A stretch of DNA of 64,000 bases from an uncultured Planctomycetota bacterium (GTDB lineage Bacteria > Planctomycetota > Planctomycetia > Gemmatales > Gemmataceae), in the NCBI GenBank assembly GCA_963849325.1, contig CAWKHF010000012.1, positions 96,001 to 160,000 of the forward strand, given 5' to 3'. A model generated the notes under the pieces. That model ran no database searches. It saw only the letters and a program-made list of their open reading frames with translations, and had not been told where the DNA came from. The translations under genes and the position numbers were made by a program. Positions 57,801 through 64,000 of the stretch are shown here, piece after piece (positions within the stretch are counted from its first letter, which is position 1; each line of letters starts with the position of its first letter).

Positions 57801-57981
57801 GATGGAGATACCGTCGAGAACGTTCGGGTGGGACTGAAGGGATTATGTATCGTGGAGGGCGTCGCCGTCAACCATCTGAGCCGGAAGCGTACGCAAAGGG
57901 ACGGCAATCTTCACCCTCGTCCTCCTCGTTCCCAGGCAGAGCTTGGGAACGAGGAGCAGCGGGGTCAATGGTTGTGGTATT

Positions 57982-58146
57982 TTTCGTTAGCCCAGCCCTT
58001 CAGGGCTGGGGAATCGCGGGAAACGACGGGAGGTTCGGGCCTTTAGGCCCTCTGCCGCGCCTACCCGACAAGCCGGAGGGGCTAAAGCCCCAAATCGCCC
58101 TCGCCCTGCCTCCTCTTCCCAGCCCTGAAGGGCTGGGCTAACGAAA
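57982..58146. repeat. REP-like composite inverted repeat (TTAGCCCAGCCCTTCAGGGCTGGG)
   Basis: Outer arms plus inner GGGCCTTTAGGCCC / GGGCTAAAGCCC palindromes. Confidence 0.8.
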
Positions 58147-58207
58147 CAAACCTGACCCTCCCGCAATTTACGCACGCATCCGGCACGGAAAATCTTCCGG
58201 AGAATGC

Positions 58208-58236
58208 TTGACGGCGCCATCGGAAACGCTTACACT
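58208..58236 (+). promoter_or_regulatory. Sigma70-type promoter of the DUF1559 gene
   Basis: TTGACG-N17-TACACT. Confidence 0.7.
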
Positions 58237-58414
58237 GACAAGGAAACCGAAGTGCCGAGAGGTGTCGGTGGACCGTGTGCGCAGTGTCCCGACGATCTCG
58301 GATAATTCGCACGGAGTAACGACATAATCTGTCTCCGAGGCATGGTCTGAGGTTTCCAGCATCCTCGCGAGTCCTTCTTTGGCGCTCTCACCTCTTCATC
58401 AAGGAGATCGACTC

Positions 58415-59324
58415 ATGCCGCCGCTCCCTTCTCGAAATCGTGTGCGTGGGGCCTTCACGCTGATCGAGTTGCTCGTCGTCATCGCCATCATCGCCGTGCT
58501 GGTCGGCCTGCTTTTGCCCGCCGTGCAGAAGGTGCGCGAAGCCGCCGCCCGCGCCGAGTGCAGCAACAACTTGAAGCAACTCGGCCTGGGAACCGCAAAA
58601 CCTCGCCGCCTCCTACAAGAACGAACTGCCTCCAGCGTTCGGGGTATACCCGATGCTGAACCTGAATGGCGGCTTGCAAGCGGCGCCTGCCGTTTGGTTG
58701 CTTCCTCAAATCGAACAGCAAAATCTTTACAATGGACTCACGAGCAATGCTGTGTTAGCCAACTTCAATGGGGGCGCGGCGGGCGGCAACACCATCGTCA
58801 TCAAGGTCTTTCAATGCCCGGCTGATGTCTCGATCAAGCTGGACCCGACCAACATCTCGTATGCCGCGAATGCCCAGGTCTTCGGGCAGCCGACTTATAA
58901 TTCACTTGCTGCCCCGCGGTGGCCGTCAAGTTGGCTTCCGTCGGGAGGCAACAAGATACCCACCGACATTCCCGATGGCACTTCCAACACGATTTTCTGG
59001 ACTGAGAGGCTAGCTAACTGCACTGGGACGCCGAATCACTGGGCGGGAGGGGCAAGCAAAGGTGTGCTTGATCCGCAAATACCGCTTGTCGGGATGAGTC
59101 CCATGCCTGGCGCCTCTGCTCCTAACATCATCATACCTCAGTTCAATGTTACCAACAGCAGTCTATGCTTGACCCCTGGAGCACCGTCCAGCAGTCACAC
59201 GGCCGCCATGTTGGCTGCCCTGGGCGATGGAAGTGTGAGAACCATCAACAGCACCATCAGCCCGCTCACCTTCAACCTAGCCATGAACCCCAACGACGGC
59301 TCTCCCATGCAAGCGGACTGGTAA
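58415..59324 (+). CDS. DUF1559 prepilin-type N-terminal cleavage/methylation protein, frameshift near 58600
   Basis: [50 protein letters not shown]9-DG ([12 protein letters not shown]). Confidence 0.92.
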
Positions 59325-59369
59325 GCGTCCGGGTCGTTGCGTCCCATCCGCTGCATGAGCGTATCTCCT

Positions 59370-59424
59370 CGGTGTCCGATCCGTTTTGGCCTCCTCTGCC
59401 GGGCCAGCAACGGATCGGACACCG
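59370..59424 (+). terminator. Hairpin downstream of DUF1559
   Basis: CGGTGTCCGATCCGTT...AACGGATCGGACACCG followed by TTGTTT. Confidence 0.55.
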
Positions 59425-59506
59425 TTGTTTCCTGGGGAGGTGCCGCATGGCTGACTCACCGCTCCGGTGGTACAATCTCTGAGAGAAGGCAATAGGAGGG
59501 AGCGTT

Positions 59507-59746
59507 ATGGACCGAGACACGTTTACCGGGACGATGCGGGCGTTTCGGAACCGGACGCCGTTCCGGTCGTTCACGGTAGCGATGGTCAACGGCGATCGAT
59601 TCGAAGTGGACCACCCCGAGGCGTTGGCGCTGCGGGACGGGCTGGCGTTGTTCGCTGCTCCGGGCAACGTGCCGGTGATCTTCGACCCCGAGGGCGTCCG
59701 CAAGGTGATCGGCGACCTGTCGGGTCGCGGGGCCGAGACTTCCTGA
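59507..59746 (+). CDS. Small hypothetical protein, 'PFxxFxxxxxxG' family copy 1
   Basis: RBS AGGAGG; RTPFRSFTVAMVNGDRFEVDHPE. Confidence 0.8.
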   Translation: MDRDTFTGTMRAFRNRTPFRSFTVAMVNGDRFEVDHPEALALRDGLALFAAPGNVPVIFDPEGVRKVIGDLSGRGAETS

Positions 59747-59774
59747 GAGAGCGCCGATCGCCGGAGGACGTGCC

Positions 59775-60011
59775 ATGATTCTGACCGTTGAAGCCGTTGA
59801 CGAAAACGGCATCCTCAAACTGATGCAACCTCTGCCGCTGAAGGAACAGGAGAAGGTACGTATCACCATCGTGACCGAGATTACGACGCCCGAGCAGGCC
59901 GTAACCAAGCTGCCCAACTTGGGCTATGATCTCATGGGCTGGACGGGAGACGCCGAGACAGTTGAACGGATCGCCCTGGACCCCGAGTTCCTCCCAGAGG
60001 AAGCTCCATGA
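59775..60011 (+). CDS. DUF104/AF2212-like antitoxin
   Basis: MILTVEAVDENGILKLMQPLPLKEQEKVRITI swapped-hairpin motif. Confidence 0.8.
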   Translation: MILTVEAVDENGILKLMQPLPLKEQEKVRITIVTEITTPEQAVTKLPNLGYDLMGWTGDAETVERIALDPEFLPEEAP

Positions 60012-60035
60012 TCTTCGCCGACCTTCGCATGGTCT

Positions 60036-60287
60036 TCAAGAGGCCGGCGTGGCGGCTGACGGCGGCAGGAATTCGTACTGAACGATGTGGACGATGGCCA
60101 CGCCGATAAAGTCCTCTTCGGCCGACGCATCCGCGCTGGCATCCGGCACACTGATCCGCACCAATCGTCTTGACACGGCGGCGAACTCCGGATGGCGGAT
60201 TTCATGGATGGCGTTGTTGGTCAACACCAGGCGGAACGGACGAAAGGGGCGGCGCTGGAGCAGCTCCTCCAGGTCGTTGGGATGCAT
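60036..60287 (-). CDS. Small hypothetical protein, 'PFxxFxxxxxxG' family copy 2
   Basis: RBS GGGGAGG; LLQRRPFRPFRLVLTNNAIHEIRHPE. Confidence 0.8.
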   Translation of the reverse strand: MHPNDLEELLQRRPFRPFRLVLTNNAIHEIRHPEFAAVSRRLVRISVPDASADASAEEDFIGVAIVHIVQYEFLPPSAATPAS

Positions 60288-60306
60288 GGGCCTTATCCTC
60301 CCCAAG

Positions 60307-60555
60307 TCATGATGCGGTTTGCTTGGCGGCGGGCAACATCTCGATCCGGAGAATTTGCGGATAATCGACATCCACAAAATGATCCGCAAACCTTTCCGGC
60401 TCCTCCTTGTCGGGGACGCCGATGGCGAGCATGGTTCGGCCGGCGACATTATGGTGTGGATAGACAATATCAAACACCCGGCCATCGCTCAGGTGCAGCC
60501 GGAACGGTTGAAACGGTCGCTGACGCAACAAAGCAAGCAGTTGTTCTTGTGACAT
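60307..60555 (-). CDS. Small hypothetical protein, 'PFxxFxxxxxxG' family copy 3
   Basis: LLRQRPFQPFRLHLSDGRVFDIVYP. Confidence 0.8.
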   Translation of the reverse strand: MSQEQLLALLRQRPFQPFRLHLSDGRVFDIVYPHHNVAGRTMLAIGVPDKEEPERFADHFVDVDYPQILRIEMLPAAKQTAS

Positions 60556-60597
60556 CGATCAATTCTCTCGGGGTTGGTCCTGTTCGGAAATCGAGCG

Positions 60598-60942
60598 TTA
60601 TCCCTCAACCGTTTTTCGGCTTTTCTTTTTCGTCCTCGTAAACCACAGCCCTTCGCCAATGTTCGGACGATGATCCAAAGGCCACTCCGCCTCGATTCGG
60701 GCCACGACCTTCTCCGGGGTTGCCCGCAACGAGCGAAAGCGTCCTTCGGCTGTGGGGTATCCGGCTGTGATTTCGCGCGCGGCCAGTAGCTCGTGCAACA
60801 ATCTCAGGACTTGATCCCGAACCGCCGCCTCATCCCGCTTAGGAAGAGCTTCTTCCACGTCGCGGATTACGGACCATAGGCCGACATGGTCCTCCGCGCA
60901 CTCGGTCAGGATGCTTTGTCTCAATGATTCGAGGGAGGGCAT
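60598..60942 (-). CDS. Hypothetical protein (possible orphan immunity-type protein)
   Basis: [10 protein letters not shown]...LLHELL...EITAG...RIEAEW...GLWF. Confidence 0.65.
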   Translation of the reverse strand: MPSLESLRQSILTECAEDHVGLWSVIRDVEEALPKRDEAAVRDQVLRLLHELLAAREITAGYPTAEGRFRSLRATPEKVVARIEAEWPLDHRPNIGEGLWFTRTKKKSRKTVEG

Positions 60943-61016
60943 GTTCGGTGGTCCTCTGGCAAGGCCGTAAGCCAGTATACCTGGCCTGGCTCCGTCTTTC
61001 GAGACTGACGCTCGTC

Positions 61017-62445
61017 TCACGTCAGAATCGCCTTGACCACGTTGCCATGTACGTCGGTCAAGCCGATAATCGCGGCCGGCATGGCGATAGGTCAGCCTTT
61101 CGTGGTCGAGTCCCATCAGGTGCAAGAGCGTGGCGTGCAGATCGTGGACGTGGACCTTGTTCTCGACGGCGTGCCAGCCGAACTCGTCGGTGGCTCCGTA
61201 GGCGAGGCCGCCCTTGATGCCGGCGCCGGCCAGCCACATGGTAAAGCCGAACGGATGATGTTCGCGGCCGTCGTTGCCCTCGGCGGTCGGCGTGCGGCCG
61301 AACTCGCCGCCCCACACGACGATGGTGTCTTCGAGCAGGCCGCGCGACTTCAGGTCGCGGCAGAAGGCCGGCGATGGGTAGGTCCGTGGCGGCGCAGTTG
61401 GCCGGCAGCTCGGTCTTCAGTCCGCCGTGCTGGTCCCACAGCTGGCAGCTCGAACGCTGCGCCGTCTGCGTGTGATAAACCTGCACGCAGCGCACGCCGC
61501 GCTCGACCAGCCGCCGCGCCAGCAGACATTGTTTGCCGAAAATCTCCGTCGTTTTCTCGTGCAGGCCGTACAGCCGCTTCGTGGCCGGCGTTTCCGACTC
61601 AACGTCGAACGCCTCGGGCGCACGCATCTGCATGCGGAAGGCCAGCTCGAAGGAGGCGATGCGGGCGTTGAGCTGGCTGTCCTCCTGACGCTGCCGGCGG
61701 TGCAGGTCGTTGAGTTGCCGCAAGGTGTCGAGCTGGTCCTTCTGGCGCGGCAGGCTGAAACGAGCGTTCTTCAGGTTGGCGATGGGATTGTTCAGGTCGG
61801 CGACGAGCGTGCCCTGGTAGGCGGCGGGCAGGAAGCTGGAACTCCACAACGGCGCGCCCTGGGCCGGCTGGGCCGGGCTGATGACGACGAAGCCGGGCAG
61901 ACTCTGGTTCTCGCTGCCCAGGCCGTACAGCAGCCACGAGCCGAGGCTGGGCCGCGAGAACGCCTGCTCGCCGGTGTTCATCTGCAGGCAGGCGCCGTTG
62001 TGGTTGATGTTGTCCGCCACCATCGAGCGGATGACGCAGAGGTCATCGATGCAGCGGGCGACGTGCGGGAACAGCTCGCTGACGTCGATGCCGCTCTGGC
62101 CGTGCTTGCGGAACTTGAACGGCGATTTCAGCAGGTTAGTCGTGCGGGTGCGAACGAGCTTGGGCTGCGCGAACGGCAGCGGCTTGCCGTTATCGCGGTC
62201 GAGGGCGGGCTTGGGATCGAAGGTATCGACGTGCGAAGGGCCGCCGGACATGAACAGGAAGATCAGTCGCTTGGCCCTGGCCGGGTAGTGCGGCTGCTTG
62301 ACGGCGAGCGGATTGTCCGCCGCGATCGAATGGCCGCCGGCCTCGTCGGCGAGCAGGCCGGCCAGGCCGAGCATGCCGAAGCCGTTGGCGAAGCGGCCGA
62401 GCATTTGCCGCCGCGTCAGCGTCGAGGAAAAGGTGCGGCCTTCAT
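61017..62445 (-). CDS. DUF1501 domain protein, frameshifted
   Basis: [45 protein letters not shown]. Confidence 0.9.
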
Positions 62446-62465
62446 CGAAATCAGTCCTCTGAGCT

Positions 62466-62520
62466 TGACTAGCCCGGATGCCAGCGACGGTTCACCCGTC
62501 GCTGTGCTCCGGGCTGGTCA
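62466..62520. repeat. Degenerate REP-like palindrome (ACTAGCCCGGA...TCCGGGCTGGT)
   Basis: Imperfect arms between PSD1 and DUF1501 genes. Confidence 0.65.
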
Positions 62521-62521
62521 C

Positions 62522-64000
62522 TTAATCGACATAAATGAACTCATTCGCGCATAGCAGGATTTCGCTGATATTCCTGCCACGCCGATTCACCGCCGCCCGC
62601 CCGTTTGAGGAAGTCGCGTCCGATGGTGGCCTCCTCCTCCGTTGGCGGCCGACCATACAGCAAACGATACGCGCGCTCGATCCGTGCGGATTCGTCCTTG
62701 TCTGCGGCGAGGATTCGCTTCGCCAGCGCCTGCGTCTGCTGCCAGCATGAAGGGATGGTTCAGCAGAAACAGCGCCTGCGGCGCGACGGTCGAAATCGTG
62801 CGTTTCTCGACGGGGGCGGTCGGGTCGGCCGTGTCGAACAGCGGGCCGAAGCCGGAGCGGTCGGAGCGGATGGTCGTCAGGTACAGGGTACGGCGCGGGG
62901 CGGCGAAGTCGCGGACGGCGGGACCGCCCGCCGTGCGGTCGAGCCGGCCGGACACGGCCAGCACGCTGTCGCGCAGGGCCTCGGCCTCCAGCCGCCGGCG
63001 GTTCATGCGGCCGAGTAGGAGATTATCCGGATCGCTCTTGAAGGTATCCGGCTCGGAGTCGCTGGCCTGCTGATACGTGGCCGACAGCAGGAGAAGGCGA
63101 TGCATGTGCTTGATCGACCAGTCGGAGCGCACGAAGTCGCTGGCCAGAAAGTCGAGCAATTCGGGGTGGGTCGGCGGTCGGCCGAGCTTGCCGAAGTTGC
63201 TCGGCGTGCGCACGAGGCCCTCGCCGAAATGGTGCTGCCAGATGCGGTTGACCATGACGCGCGCCGTCAGCGGGTGGTCGGGCCGCGTCAGCCAGTGGGC
63301 AAGGTCGAGCCGGCCGCTGCCGTTTGCGATCGGCTTCTGTTGGCGCCCGGCCAGGATCTCGGGGAAGCGTCGCGGCACCAGCTCGCCCAGCCGATCGTAG
63401 CGGCCGCGGATGTGGATGCGTACGTCGTGAGTCCCCGCGTGTGGGCTGCCGGGAACGCCGCCCTCCTGTGCCCCGTTGGCGTAAGGGATCGGCGGGACTG
63501 GCTTCTGTTTGCGGAGTGCTTCGAGCTGCGCCGGCGGCAGCAGCGGGATGCGCAGCATGGGCGGCCCGTTCGTCTTGGGTCCGACGTTCGGCAAGATGTG
63601 GGTGCTGAAAAAAATACCGGCCAGCCCATAATAATCGGCCGTCGATATCGGATCGAACTTGTGATCGTGACAGCGGGCGCAGGCCATCGTCAGCCCCAGG
63701 AAAGTACGGCTAACCACGTCCACCTGATCGTCGGCGATGTCGGTAAGCAGCTTTTCCTTGTCGGCATCGCCGCCGCCCCAGTTACCCAGGGCCAGTAGGC
63801 CCGTGGCGATGATGCCGTCGGCGTTGAGACCCTCCGGCGACGGCACGAGATCGCCGGCGATTTGCAACGTCAGGAACTGATCGTAAGGCAGATCGCGGTT
63901 GAACGCGCGCACCACCCAATCGCGATAGCGCCAGGCGTCGGCGCAATCCATCTCGCCGCCCAGTCCGCGCGCGTCGAACGAATCGGTGTAGCGAACGAGG
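62522..64000 (-). CDS. PSD1/PSCyt (DUF1549/DUF1553) planctomycete cytochrome-associated protein (partial, frameshift near the 3' end)
   Basis: WRYRDWVVRAFNRD, CARCHDHKFDP, SGRLDLAHWL, RVMVNRIWQHHFG, PTHPELLD, RRLEAEALRD. Confidence 0.92.

Overview
High-GC bacterial DNA with a Planctomycetota (Gemmataceae-like) gene inventory: DUF1501, PSD1/DUF1553, DUF1559, PVC-type CxxCH proteins and Uma2. About 50 genes are recognisable: a multi-haem cytochrome c running off the left edge (missed by the ORF track), MATE, a TetR-controlled ABC/HlyD exporter operon, a caspase-TPR protein, otsA, an adaptor plus two RND pumps, an Ntn-hydrolase fusion, rsfS-argS, TolC, coaD, aminotransferases, an Rbs-like sugar ABC with ROK, rfbD and a small-gene island at 59.5-61 kb. 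Many genes, including essential argS and coaD, carry single-base frameshifts that are most likely consensus errors, so coordinates for those genes are reconstructed by eye. No CRISPR array, tRNA, rRNA, reverse transcriptase or intact transposase was seen. The most interesting observations are: (1) a promoter-driven ~165-nt 6S-like RNA with a built-in alternative hairpin, upstream of rsfS and next to a (GGGAATA)n G-quadruplex/inverted heptamer array; (2) an island with three paralogous ~80-aa Sm-like proteins, a DUF104 antitoxin whose toxin is cut after about 6 codons, and an orphan immunity-like gene; (3) a sugar permease with a binding-protein-like lobe inserted; (4) a small protein with five (D/E)RR motifs; (5) a structured leader before the DUF1559 gene; (6) a dense set of REP-like and 9-mer inverted repeats. 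All family assignments come from motif recognition, not database searches.
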